Shown: positions 1 to 13,200 of the stretch, in pieces
How positions within the stretch are numbered: the stretch's first letter is position 1
How the letters are laid out: each line of letters begins with the position of its first letter
Notes under the pieces: generated by a model
What the model was told of the DNA's origin: nothing
The model's database searches: none
The model's input: only the letters and a program-made list of their open reading frames with translations
Program-made: the position numbers and the translations under genes
Source: Dimorphilus gyrociliatus
Lineage: Eukaryota; Animalia; Annelida
Assembly: GCA_904063045.1 (NCBI GenBank)
Contig: CAJFCJ010000020.1
Span: 62,001 to 126,000, forward strand
Length of the DNA: 64,000 nucleotides
Direction: 5' to 3'

Positions 1-761
1 GAAGATTTAGACTTCTAAGAATGAATAAATTCCTAGAATTATAATTGTTAGATTTTAAAATAATGGCTATCTATTAATTCATATAATTTTTTATCATAAT
101 ACTATCTTGAATCATTATATCAAATCTAATTTAAGAAATCTTGATATGGTTCGTAGGAGGCAAATGTGTTTTATGGAAAATTTTATAAAAGTAATTTTGC
201 ATTTGCATCTTCTCTTCAATATATTTAACTAAAAGGGAAAGAGCAGAACAGTCTAAAAAGGGAAGAAATTCAAGTATTTCAACTTTTCTTCCGGCTAACA
301 GAAGTTATCTATTTTCTTGTTTACAACTCATGAAAATAGTCTGTAAACTAGTCTTTCTGATTAAGTTTCTTGTCTGATATAAAAAAAAGCAAGTGCTGCT
401 ACACCTAACTGATAAGTAAAAAAATTAGCCTGTTTGAAAAAGAAATTCTGAAAAAGAGAGTTTATTATTGATGATAATGGCATTTTTCATAAAAAAAAGA
501 AAAAAGACAAATTTCAAGCACTAAATACTTCTCTTCAAGCACAAAGGCGAACTAAATCGCAAATTATGGAACAAAAACAAGTGTACCATTTTTTGAGAAT
601 GATTACTGTACATATATTTAGGCGTATATTATATATATTTTGTATATATATATATGTATATATATATATACATACTTTTAATATAATAACTATATTTTTG
701 TAGATATAAACAATTGTATAACGTACTGTAGAAATAGAATACATTAAAAAAAGATTACAAA

Positions 762-2585
762 TCATTTTTTCTGTAATTTTGCAGACAAGAGTTGTTGATT
801 AACGACAGCTAGTAATAAATCAACGATACATTGGTATGACGTTTGAGGAAGGTGGTAATTCTTTCCTAGAGCTTGTTCTAAAGTTAGTTTGTAAGGTTGC
901 ATTTTTTGATGCCAACTTTTGGACGGATCGTCCTCTGTAATCTTCATAAGTGTGTCTCTCGTTGACCATAGCGTATTTAATACGGAAGAGACTGGCATAG
1001 TTGTGACATCCTGAACATCATTGTCTGTGTGCTGTCGTTGATTTAACGAAGTCACCAAACCAGGCACTTGCGGGGCACAAGCCACATTCCAAACTTGAAT
1101 TCCAGATGCGACTGCTTCTTCAAATGTAGAAAACCCTCCCAATTCTGGAGTGTATGAGAGTCTTTTCTTAAATAACTCGCATTCCGCGTGATTTGAACAC
1201 ATAACCAGGTCGATCTTTTCAAATACATCTAACATTGAGTTGGGTATTAATCGACGAAACTTTTCCAAGGTTACAACACAAACAGGCCTGAGTGATTCAT
1301 CCACATTTTCGAGTTCTTCCTCCGTATAATTCAAATAATACCTATGACGGTGTCTTTTCAACCAAATGTCCATTTGGCCCGCAACAGGTGTATTTGGAGA
1401 AAGAGCTTGAAAAAGAATTTCACTGGATTGTGGAATTTGTTCAGTTGCATCTTTAATTAATTTTGCATTTCCATTTAATGCTTGCTCTAGCATCGCAGCT
1501 CCAATAGACTTTGGCTGTGAGGTTGTCAAATTAACGGGCTCATCTTGTTCTTCTAGAGGTAAAGACGCTAAATTATCATGTGGAATATTCGTTTTCAAAA
1601 GAGGCGATAGTTCTTTGCCATTTAATTTGTCACCTTCGGTGTAGCTATGTCTCTTTAAGGAGTTCCTTGGAGGTGAAGAAATTGGAAAACTATTACGTCG
1701 ACTAGATGTTTCCTCTCCATTTGTCAGAAGATGGCGTTGCTTTAATGAATTTTTTAAAGCTGTTTTAATTTGAGAATGTTCAATGCCTTTAGTCGAATTA
1801 GTAGAATTTGTAACACCAGCATTAGTATTTAAGTTATTATTATTACTATTATTGTTGTTATTATTAGCATTTTCATTGTTCAAGTCCATCTGCACTTTAA
1901 CAATATTGTGCATACGATATTTGCCGGAATATTCTTTCCATAACCGTCCTGCTTCTGCTTTCACTTCACAAAAAGAATGAAAGCCTCCAGCTGTGGGCGG
2001 TCTTGATAATTTTGAACGAAACGCCTCTGCCCAAGCGCCTTTTGATTCCATAGCGAATTGTAAATTAGAATCGTACTTCATTGCATTTCTATGACAATAT
2101 TCCTTATATAATTGTTTTGTGACAGGCATTTTCGGCCTAACCAAACGATCAACGGATACTAATTGATCTTCCGTCCAATCAAGAAAATAATTATTCTTAT
2201 GCCGTTCAACAATTATTTTTACCTTTTCCAACAGAGATAACGATGTGTCAGCTAATGATGGAAATAAGTAAGATAGACCGCGATCACACTTTCTGTACTC
2301 TGTTGATTGCTTTTGAACGCCGTTGTTTCTTGATGGTATGGGAGGCTTATACTGCGATTGAACAGGTGATAGAGGAGGTAGAGATAATGGTATATTGGGG
2401 TTAGGAGCAGGTATGTAAGGTGATGAATCATTGCTTGAGGAAGGTGTTTCTTCGTCAATTACTAGTTCGGAGCTACTCTCATCTTCTTCTGAATTTTTTC
2501 TAATTTTCTTGGCTGAAGGAGGTGATGGATTTCCTCTATCAATTCCGTTTCGGCCAAACTTTTTCCATAATTCCACGGCTGCCAT
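762..2585 (-). CDS. Intronless orphan protein (~607 aa) with two copies of an unidentified ~95-aa domain; probable nuclear regulator
   Basis: Long stop-free frame. The track start at 2633 is a TTG just downstream of an in-frame TAG; the first ATG (2585) is in AAAATGG context. It has a basic NLS-like PSPPSAKKIRK, acidic/Ser EEDESSSELVIDEE, a poly-Asn tract and a PVNLT motif, and the internal repeat (aa ~140-235 vs ~423-518 of the track ORF) aligns without gaps. Confidence 0.85.
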   Translation of the reverse strand: MAAVELWKKFGRNGIDRGNPSPPSAKKIRKNSEEDESSSELVIDEETPSSSNDSSPYIPAPNPNIPLSLPPLSPVQSQYKPPIPSRNNGVQKQSTEYRKCDRGLSYLFPSLADTSLSLLEKVKIIVERHKNNYFLDWTEDQLVSVDRLVRPKMPVTKQLYKEYCHRNAMKYDSNLQFAMESKGAWAEAFRSKLSRPPTAGGFHSFCEVKAEAGRLWKEYSGKYRMHNIVKVQMDLNNENANNNNNNSNNNNLNTNAGVTNSTNSTKGIEHSQIKTALKNSLKQRHLLTNGEETSSRRNSFPISSPPRNSLKRHSYTEGDKLNGKELSPLLKTNIPHDNLASLPLEEQDEPVNLTTSQPKSIGAAMLEQALNGNAKLIKDATEQIPQSSEILFQALSPNTPVAGQMDIWLKRHRHRYYLNYTEEELENVDESLRPVCVVTLEKFRRLIPNSMLDVFEKIDLVMCSNHAECELFKKRLSYTPELGGFSTFEEAVASGIQVWNVACAPQVPGLVTSLNQRQHTDNDVQDVTTMPVSSVLNTLWSTRDTLMKITEDDPSKSWHQKMQPYKLTLEQALGKNYHLPQTSYQCIVDLLLAVVNQQLLSAKLQKK

Positions 2586-3302
2586 TTTAATCTGGCCTCC
2601 TGGCCCCGTAGAATAGTTCGAAGATGCTCCCAAAACCTTATCCTTCTATGCTACTTGGTCGGCTTGCAGTTTAGAAGTGAGGGGAGTACTCGCTCCTGTC
2701 AAGGGCGATGTAATCACTGCATAAGGTCGTCTCGTTCGCTTTTCACGGAATTTAAGGCCGTGATCATAGGCCTAGAGGCGCATCTAAGCACTACCGAATC
2801 GGAGACCTAATTTACTGTGATGGGTTTTAGGCTAAATCCACAACTGACATCGTCCAGTCGTTTAGAAAGCGTTACGGACAGATTCGATTAGGAAAACTAA
2901 CTGACCACCTACTTTGATAGACCATAAGTGAATGAATATTAACTAATGCTACTGCGTAACCACAAACAGGTCCCCCTTCGCAGATTTATTTACGATATAG
3001 AGCGGTTCGTACTAGGCCTAAGCGAGCTTTATCGAGCGCTTGACCTAGTTCTCGTCGAGCAAAAAAGAGAACGAAAAGGAGAAAGAAAGAAAATAAGGGA
3101 GATTACACGCTTTTAAATGGTAATAAGAGATAAAAGAAAGATATTTAGAAAAAGAGAAAAGATGAGAGTGAAAAAAGTGGAAATATATAAAAATATATAT
3201 GAAAGAAAGTCACTATCACATAGATAGTAAAGTGTAAGATATAAGATCCATGCTGTATATCAAGATGCAGAGAAATAAAGCACGAGCGAGACACAGATAT
3301 AC

Positions 3303-3397
3303 ATATATATATATATATATATATTTATATAAACAGTGTTTATACAATATATATATATATATATATATATATTTCGAGAGAGAGAGAGAGAGAGAGA
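3303..3397. repeat. Compound (AT)n / (GA)n microsatellite
   Basis: (AT) runs at 3303-3324 and 3347-3372, then (GA) at 3376-3397. Confidence 0.95.
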
Positions 3398-5205
3398 AGG
3401 GCGATATAAAAGGAAAAACAGAAAAATAAGAGATACGACTAAGGAACGATAGAGAGACTTGAGGAATAATGAAGCATTTCATGAAAAGGCAAAATCAACA
3501 ACGCCTTTTTGCCCTTACCTTGTTAGGTACTCGCTAAAGAGGTCGGTAACCGGTTTGATTAGCGAGAGCGACGTACGAACGTCCTTCAACTCCTCTTCTG
3601 TTAAACAGCGGAAATAATCGTGTTCGTGCTTTTCCACCCACGTTTGCTTGAGCTGCTAATGTCGATTTTTCTGAGAAATATTGAAATCGATGAGTCAATT
3701 TAATCGAATAAAGTTTTCTATAGAGAAAAGTTAGTGGCGAATAGAAGTATATATCATAAATACTTTACCCTTTATACACCAATTTTTGGACCTATCTTCT
3801 ACCTCTCGATTTCTATTTATCTAACTGTTTGTTCCTACAGAAAACTCTCTACCTACACTTTTTGCTATATCTAGTTCTTCTAGTGCAATAAACCTTGAAA
3901 AATGGAGAGAAAACTCACCGTTTATTTCAATAGTTAAAAATTCTTTGATCCCCTCACGCCTAATTCGATAACCAGCTTCCACCGACTTGTCATTGTTATA
4001 TTTGTTCCTAAAACAGCTGTTGCTGCTAACGTAATATACATTAAGCCTGGTTACGAGCTGTGACAGTGTTCACGTGATCCATAACTGCAGAGGCGATTTC
4101 ATGACACTAGGTGACCCGGGGGGGGGTTCTTATTACTTTTATAATCCTATAAATTGGAAAACATAATGCATTGCCTATCTTAAAAGAAATCACCTGTACA
4201 TTTAAATTTGTCTGAGTAGAGAAGAAGTCGGTTTAAATTTAAATGAATAATAAATAATATCTGAAGAGATGTTAAAAACTGGTAAGACAATAATTGTATG
4301 ACTTTTAAGTAATTTAAAATTTATCATAAGAAAATAAACCAAACTTAAAATAGAATTTAACACAGATTTTCCATTAATATTTTTTTTTGTTGCAATTTTA
4401 GGCCTACATGTCATATCATTATTAATACGGCACTTTTTGATCGATAGTATAGTTTATTCACGATTTTTACCTGCATATACATCTCTATAAATATATGAAT
4501 TAAACAGGGTTCCTTTAGAAATTTTTTCTTTTGAAAATCTACTAAAAGTAAATCAACATTTCCCTAACCACATACTTTCACAGAAATATCTTGTTTTAGC
4601 ATAAAAAACACATATTTTACTTTCGAATATTTAAAAATAGCTTTAACAATAGCTAAGCAACTAAATATAAATAGAATAAATATACTAACTATATATGGTA
4701 CTATAAATATATTGTACGGCATATACAGTATATCTAATTTTCAACAGAATTTATATATTTACACATAAGAGTATGTATAAATATATATTAATACAAATAT
4801 TAAGAATAGATCTATGATATACATTTCGATATATACGTATAAGCATATATATTTCACTTATGAGCTTGTAAGTATTTTATTAAGATATTTATATATTTGT
4901 AGGCTTTATACACATATACATATACATGTACATATATATAACTTTATTCAGTAAATTACAAAGCCGGTCTAAATCTAGGTCGTCTTGTTTTACTTTTTTC
5001 AGCTAAAGTCGATCTTTTTTTTGAATAGGCCAATAAAAGATCTTGCATTGTACATTATAATAAATCTTCCATATTTTATACTTCCAAAGTCCTTTTTTAC
5101 TTAAATAAACAAATTTTTACCTATAACACGGTTAAAGAATTGTATAATCAAGATGCATTGCAAAAAAGTAAAACTTTTTGTCTGGTTGATTCAATATCTA
5201 AAATG

Positions 5206-5209
<4 letters not shown>

Positions 5210-5256
<47 letters not shown>
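5210..5256. repeat. (AT)n microsatellite
   Basis: About 23 perfect dinucleotide units. Confidence 0.95.
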
Positions 5257-5262
<6 letters not shown>

Positions 5263-7216
5263 CAAGGTAGTAAGCAAGAATTGAATTGCATAGACTTTTT
5301 TTTGTTATTTTCATTATTCTATATTGTAAAGTAAACGTAGACAGAAATACAATAATAGTAGAATGAACGTTATGACAGCCAGCGAAAAATATACATATAA
5401 ATGTTTATATATAAAAAAGGTGTAGATTCTATATAATAATCTATATATCCTTTTTTTTTTTAAATTCGATGATCTGGTCTGTTAAAACATGTGTACTTAT
5501 TTTATGTCTTATATAAGTAAGGGACCTATAAGTAGACTGTAAATGACAATAAAGAACAAAATAAGAGGAAATTCTGACCGATATATTTAAACCAGTTTAT
5601 AAAAAAATTTTTCTAGCTTACATAGATATTGGATCTAGTAGAGAATGAGACAGAGAGAGAGAGAGAGAGAGAATGAATGAATGAACGAAATAGAAAGAAC
5701 ATATATTTAAGACAATCGCTTAAACGCTCTAAGCCTATTGAAATAGCTGATGGTACTTAAATTGAACAGATTTTAAATTCTTTCTCTTTTTTTGCCTTAT
5801 TCAGCTTATTTTGAATTAGTAATGGGATCACTGCTAATAAAAATATTCTAAGAGCAGAAAAAGAATGGATTTCACACATGTGCAAGTAAAAAGTACATAT
5901 GTTTATACTGTTTGTATATAAATATACATATAAATATATAAATACATATATATATATATATATATATACATACATTCATTAACAGTTAATATATTGCATA
6001 TCAATACTCGGAATTATTTTTATTTGATATTATTCAATGAGATAGCAATTCTTTCGTGCTTTATTTGAGGGATATCAATATTTTATATATTAAGCATGTA
6101 TAAACATAGTCTAAGTTTGTCCATTCTATTTCTTACATTTCCTATTAAGGAAAGAAGAAATCAAAGAAAAAAATTTTATATTTATTATTATCTTTTTTAA
6201 CGTGTTTTGTAAATAACAAAAATTGGTTAGGCCTTTTCCATGAATCTGTCTGCTTTAGAGTGTCCTAATCCTAAAAATTTTGTTATAGCCTATTCCCCTT
6301 TACATATAATAAAGCGAAATTCATCATTTATTATAAACATTACCAGATATAAAAGAGTAAACTCTGTTCAAGTATGTTTCGAGTTGCTAAGGGACGTGGT
6401 AGGCCATATTTCTAATGCTTTCTATCAAATAACACATTCAACTCAAGTATACCTGAAAATTATCGCACTATATATAAAAAAAGAGAATTTTACGTACTCT
6501 TTTTTTTGATGGCTTCTATATAAAAAGAATGCAAAAACTAGCCTTTAAAGATTAGATACAAACGACATCTTATTTCTTCTCTAAATACTACTTAATTATT
6601 TTATCTTCCAAAAAGATTTTTTATATGTTTACTGCTTTTTGTATTTCTACATAGATGTTTTCTACTCTCTCTCTCTCTCTCTCTCTTTCAATTCTTTCGA
6701 ACTTTTGCAACTCTTTTTCTTTTCTTTACCTGTGTCTTTCCTTTTCATTCTGTTCCTGTACATTTCTCTCGTTCTCTCTCAAAGTCTCTCTTCTCTTTTC
6801 CCTTAAGCAAAGATGAAGAAGATATAAGGAACATAAAAAATAGATCTTTCGCCTTATTATTTATTTGTTTACTATTAAATAAGCGTATTTTTTGTATTAA
6901 CTTTAAGTAGAGACAAAAAATTACAAGCAGCTTACGTAGATTTCTAAACCTTCTTTAAAACTAAATTGTTAAAAGAATCTAATGGATGAAAGGGCTGAAA
7001 GTAACTTCAAGGTCTTTTCACTATCAGTCTTAAAGTAAATGTCAATAATTTATAAATTTCTTTTGGTCATTAAAACAGAATCGAAACCTTTTTCAAGCTT
7101 TAGAATTTTATTATGAGAACACGTAAATATAGAATTGATCTCCTAATGGTGGATTACTTTATATATTTATATAAAAACAAAATTTCCCTCCCTTTTCTAA
7201 ATCACTTAACTACACT

Positions 7217-7218
<2 letters not shown>

Positions 7219-7263
<45 letters not shown>

Positions 7264-7285
7264 GAGAGAGAGAGAGAGAGAGAGA
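7219..7285. repeat. Compound (AT)n-(AG)n microsatellite
   Basis: (AT) at 7219-7259 followed, after a single C, by (AG) at 7261-7285. Confidence 0.95.
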
Positions 7286-8130
7286 AATAAAGTATATATG
7301 CACATTCTATCTTCTCAGTATTTATTCCAAACTAGGCAACCCACTCTTGTCTCTTGTCTCTTTCTATTTTTTCTTATCGATTTATTTTCATAATGTGGAG
7401 TTTTATTTATAAGTTACAACTATATTCTCAGTAATAACTAATATTAAAAATCTCGTCCAGCAGTTAGATTGATGATAATTGATATAGAACATATGGGGAC
7501 AAGCTGGAACACTTTGACATTAATGAATATACTGTCTAATCATTGTAGAATTAAATTCTTTCAAAAAAACTGACTTTGTTGTTTTTAGATATAATATCCG
7601 ACCTATATGTTATCGGCTTTTCACCAGCTATTTATAAACAGTGATCGGTTCATTCTATAGGCCAACAATTCCAACGACCTTGGGCCTAGGTAAGATGGCG
7701 CTACCATCAGTCAGTTTTTTTCAACGTCTCGTAATGGTGCCTGTCCATATTTCCCGTGAAATACGATCAATAGAAAAATATGGACAGTAACATAGAAGGT
7801 CGATAGGCCTAGATTATGACATATAAATTATTTAACAAGTCTTGAATAATTACGTTTATGTTATAAATCAACGGTAATCGGAAGACGTTAAGATACGTTA
7901 GGACCGGGTAACAGTTCATTTGTCGTAGTCCTATAGTATATCGCCCAGCGTTTTAGTTGGCTGATAATTTTTTATTCTCCTCAAAAATTTTATAATCTTC
8001 TTAGCTTCAACTTATATTTGTTCCTTAATCAATAATGGACTGGATGTTTTATCAAATTTATAATAAACAAAGGAACTAACCTCATGTTTTGCGTAGGCGG
8101 TAATAACGTTTCCCTAGAAGGAAGATAAAA

Positions 8131-8147
8131 TAGCCACCAGATGGAGG
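8131..8147 (+). promoter_or_regulatory. CTCF-like site
   Basis: TAGCCACCAGATGGAGG vs the CTCF core GCCACYAGRKGGCRC. Confidence 0.4.
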
Positions 8148-8969
8148 ATAAATGAATTATAAAAGGAATACTAAAGACTAGTTTTTGTAAAGATTTAGAC
8201 AACGTATATATATATATATGCAAATGTATATATCAATAACATTCGGTTAATCGAATGTAACATGCCAATATGATATATTTCCGAAAACTTATTAAAAAAT
8301 AAGCGGAAAATCTTTTACTGAAAATAGCAAAAACAGCATCAAGACTCAAGCAATAATTAGGAAACTTAAAGGATTTAAAATCCGGAAATCGTTAAGATAT
8401 AAAGAAAATAACTGTGAAATTATCCCCCTATTATTCTTCTCTAAATAGTAATAACATACATAAATAACTTCATAATCTTCATTAATCTTTACCTTGGATT
8501 TGCTTTGAAGCCTGTTAAATGACAAAATCGAACGATTCTTAAGAAAAAGCAGATTAATAGAAGAAGGAAAATATTCAATTATATTATTCTTATGAATAAT
8601 GAACAACATTGTTAAGATTTCTCTTTTATATGAAAATTTTCCTGTTTTTTTTTCGTTTTCGTTTAAATTAAACTTTTTCTGAAAGGAGAGAAACTTATAG
8701 AGAAAATTGCTAAATAAACAATTTTCTTTCTTTTCTCCTATTCCTAAACCTTTTTATTGGGATAACCCGAAACCGTTTCAGTTTGTAAATTACATACAAC
8801 ACTCTCTGTAAACCTTTCAGGTGTGATTTGAGGTTTGATAGATTGTTATAAAATTATAAAAACAATATTAACTCAACTATACATTATCAATATTTTTATA
8901 TGCATTTCATATTCAATGTTACAAAGGGAAAATTTTCTATTATAAATTTTTTGTTTAGCAATCTTTTAG

Positions 8970-10260
8970 CTCCATCTATCGGACTACGCGCAACTGAAGA
9001 ACATGTTTACAGTAAATGAGTAGGAAATATTTTAATTAAAGAATATTTATACACGATGAAATAAATGACATCATAAGTATTTTTAAATAAAAGAGGAAAT
9101 TTATTGTATTACTCCTTTTCAATCAAAATTTCTATTTTGTATTATAATGATTTTAAAGAAGAAGATTAGGGAGAATACAATACGGAAAGAAGAAGACTTT
9201 GAAGGATTGTTACGAAGCATCCGCGAAACTCAAGTGAAAGATGAAAATCTCTTTGAGGCTAGTAAACATATTATAGCAATAAAAATAAAAATTGAGCTTT
9301 GATCGATTTTCTCTTTCATAGTATCAACGCGATTTACGTTTGTTAAAGGAGAGGAGAAGAGGTGTAAATGTAGCTACTGAAATTCAAACGATGAGCTTAT
9401 CAAAGGGAGAAAAGCGTACAGAGGCAAACGGAAAGTACAAGAGGTGTCCAATTGCTGAAAATGAGACGAATAATTGTTACTATAGGCCTATGCGGGTAGA
9501 TGAATTACCAACAATGTCCGAGGGAAACGGAAATTCGAACGTCTTACTAACAGAGATCGCTAGAGCTTTTACTTTTGGAAACTTCAAACGTTCTTTACCA
9601 CAGAACACCCTTAATTGGTCGCAGTTGGATTTGTACGACTCCTACATAGAATATTACGCTGAATTACGAAGGAAGACCATAAAAGGAGATTGTAATATAA
9701 AAGTTCAGGAAGAAGCCGATGATAATCAGCGTGCTATTTCAGAAACTACATTAATAGAAAGAGACGACTATTCGACCGATTATATGAAAAAATTCCCTTC
9801 TCCTTCCCCAGCGGAGACTGGTGGACATCCTCTGACAAACCCTAGAGAATCGGAAAAGGAAGTCGTTCAGGTTCTGGATAAAGAATCAACAAGGGCGACT
9901 GAACAACTGTTCGTTAGTGACTTCCAGTCGAGACGTTTCCGAATTGACGTCCATCGGGAGGAAGGAATACAGATGGCGCTTTCTAAAGCGCAAAAAGCTA
10001 CCATTGGATGTTCAATAGCAATGAAGACAATAGAAAATTCTAGGTCCAAAGAATCCCAAAAAGAGAAGACAAAAACGAGCTTAATGTCGGCAAAAGGAGA
10101 GTCCTCACGAAGACATAAAAGAGTGGGCCGAATTGGGGTCAAAAGCAATTCGCTACCAAGAAAATTAGCTAATAAAAAATACCGTTCAAGCCATACGAAA
10201 AATAATTATAATGTCATGGAAGAAAGAGCCAGAAAACCCATATTCGATACTAAATTATAA
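8970..10260 (+). CDS. 3' part of a spliced orphan gene (tentative exons 8970-9011, 9159-9233, 9322-10260); charged, low-complexity, possibly coiled-coil N-terminal part
   Basis: 939-nt open terminal exon after the acceptor ttttctctttcatag (9321). Two upstream phase-0 exons with AG/GT ends join in frame (LHLSDYAQLKNMFT-KKIRENTIRKEEDFEGLLRSIRETQ-YQRDLRLLKERRR). The 5' exons were not resolved and there is no recognisable domain. Confidence 0.5.
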
Positions 10261-13200
10261 AAATTAATAGCAAATAACTTGTTAGACTTTGAAAACGGTC
10301 CTCCACATCAAACGTCAAAGAATGTTCGTTAGCGTTTCTTGCAATGCCGAACGGAAGTAGGCCCCAAAGGTGTTCCGTTTCCGCTGACGTTTCGTTCGAA
10401 TAACAAGCGTCCGCTACTGCAATCTCGCTGCAGCCATGCGTAAAATATGTTCGAATACACAAATTACATTCGCGTTTAATTGGCGACGGCGCGTGTATCG
10501 CAGCGTCTCCTCCTCTCTTGACGCCTCAATTGTTTTAAATGAACTTGAACTCCTAAATCAAAGGTGACAAAAGGAGGGACCTTAAATCTCCATGGGGCGG
10601 GATCAGACACACACACATAATTTGGTTCTGATCACGTGACAGACACGTGCCGTTATCCAATGATCCTTAATTGCTTTCTGCTTCATTGAATTCATGCAAG
10701 TTTTTTCATGTTGTTCCTTGCGCTTCATCAATTTTCAAGAGGAACGGTCTCAGTGAATTTTATTTGTTGCCACGATTTTCGAACGCTTCATTAATTTTCG
10801 GGAGTTTCATTGGAATAGAATCGGTAGACGAGTTGCGGGAGAGGAAGGCAAAGTAATATACCGCCTCGGTTATAATACCGGCGATTAGCATAATAAGTGT
10901 AATTATAAATGGCAGGTTAAATGGGCATATAAAGTTACGACGCGAGCGAAGAGAAGCATTCGTGCAAGTGGCTATTGTCCTAATCTGCCATTCAACAACG
11001 ACGTTGGCGTCACGTGCCCAGATAATTAGCTATTTTCCATATTTCTACAGTCTGTTTGCAGTCGTTCAGTTAACGTCCGTTTCGAAGGGATAGTCTACTA
11101 AGTCGAAAAGCGAGTTGTTTCCATGGAAACAGGCCAAATCAATCGTTTTCGAAAAATTAGACTTGTCGATACCGTTTCTTCATATAAATTCGTTATTTTC
11201 TTCTTATTCCAACAACGCGTATCATCATAGTCAGAGTGAAAACATACATTGTAGTTCGAGTAGTGTAACGCATATGAAATACAATTATATAAACAAACGC
11301 AAACACGCACAGACATATGTATGCGAATAAATTCAGTATACATTGCAATGTTTGCTATCCTTTTCATATTCTAACCAATTAAATTGATAAAACAAGACGT
11401 CTAAGTTTACCAAGCCCAGAGGAAGAGAAGGAGAGGCGGGGCAGGTAGAAATTAATTGATAATAGCTAATTTTCCGTGACCGTTGGTCATGGAGCTAAGA
11501 CACTATGAATGAACAAGACCCGAGGCAAATGTGTACGTCGAGGAGCGTGAGAAGAAAAGAATTCAATACGTCGTCTACAATGACATATCTCAAAGAATTC
11601 TTCGTTTTTAGTAGCCGGAAAAGCATCTCCTTTAATAACGCGGCGAGCATTGTAGGTAACGGAAGGTCTCTTATGGGAGTAGCAGCCTAATGTTTCCTGA
11701 ACACCTTTGCCAAATTATAAAGAATCCGTCTGTGATGTTGGAAAGAATCAGGGCACATCATTTTCGAAACGGACGCTATCTCCCTACGCAAAAACGTTTT
11801 GCGTGTTTAACCGACACCCTATACGCAAACAGTTTGCACAAACATTCAAGCAAAAAAAGCGCTAATTCTTGCAGACATCTAGCCTCAGGGCAGACCGTAT
11901 AGAGATGTCTATCGCTCGTATTACATCACAGATGAAATAGAAGGCGACTATTTGTTAAGTTTCACATGAAAGAGCCGCCGAAACTCACTACTGATTCCAT
12001 CTTACGTTTGCATAGCTCATGTTTTTTCTCACCTGCCTCCCACCTGTACGCTTAATTAGACGCCATTCGAACAGGCAGGGAAAAGCGTGCGCTACTTTCT
12101 GAAAAGAGCGGAGATTAGGACTGACCAAAATTTCCTTCAACATAATCTCTTATAGTGCGCGGCCTGATTGCGTCCACTTCCTGTCACGGCGTCACGAAAT
12201 GGACGTTTTAACTTGTTTTTACAGACGTACCTCCATCAGAATGGAAGAGTTATTTTATAGCAAAAAATTGAAATACAATACCAAAAACTGTGCCCTTAAG
12301 TCTACTGCCACACGCGTCCGCCACGCGACAATCGACGTCCCCAAAAATTATGAATATTGATACTCCGCTATGACATTCATGGGAAAGTAAAGGAAAAAAC
12401 TTCGAGACACTTTTTATCCCTCACAGAACACCCTTTCTTATGAAGGAACACCGCTAAGGTAACGTTTCATTAATCATTTCATACGTGTTCGGGTCGAGTA
12501 ATTTACTGTGCTCAATTCATTTAAGTAGGACAATAGAAATATTTTTATTACGATGATTAATCATCCCCCCGAGCAGGGCAATAGATGGTTTCGATGACAC
12601 CCTAATATACAATCGTTTGACAAACGGACAAACAATAAAAAATCACGAGCATTCTTCCATCCGCAATGTAATAACGAGTGTTTGTTCAGTTTGTCATTTT
12701 CCCGGTGTCATTCAGTCATGACACTTGCTCAACTATAGAAATGCTGTTTGTTTTACCGAAATCGAACGTTTGCCATGTATGACCCTGCAGATTAAATTCG
12801 ATTTAAGACGTTTGCACTTTCGACTTAGTGTTGGCATTGTTTGTCAAATTTAGTATTGCTTTTCGTATTATTTGCTTGAATGTTAAATTTTTTTTAACTT
12901 GTTTCGCACGAAATATAGTCATAGATCATTGGAAAAATATGTCAACCGTCACAAAAGGTAAATTGATATCTATGAATAAAAGTTTATTTTATAAAAAATG
13001 ACTGCAGATAGTTTGATAATCGAATAATCGAGATGCAAGAGCTATTTTACAAATTTTATAAATTAGTTAGATTAACGCTTTCTTCGAATGGTAAAGAAGC
13101 GTCAAAAATTGCTCAATTTGTAGGAGAACTTATATAATATTTCGTATAAAATATTATACCCCCTACAGAGAGTATTTGAACGGCTCAACTAATTAGAATT

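Noticed and set aside
1783-2616. Short + and - ORFs overlapping the orphan gene (poly-Leu, Ser-rich)
   Set aside because: Antisense or alternate-frame shadows of the poly-Asn and acidic tracts of the 762-2585 CDS.
3303-3372. ~70-bp near-palindrome (AT)n-TATAAAC-agt-GTTTATA-(AT)n
   Set aside because: Its self-complementarity is almost entirely due to AT dinucleotide repeats, so it is not evidence of a MITE or structured RNA.
3216-7412. ORFs rich in YIYIYI / SLSLSL / RERERE (e.g. 3216, 5140, 5757, 7113)
   Set aside because: Translations of (AT)n and (AG)n microsatellites.
6800-7800. Several short exon-like segments that might extend the 9322-10260 gene upstream
   Set aside because: I could not join them in consistent phase without stops, so they are left unannotated.
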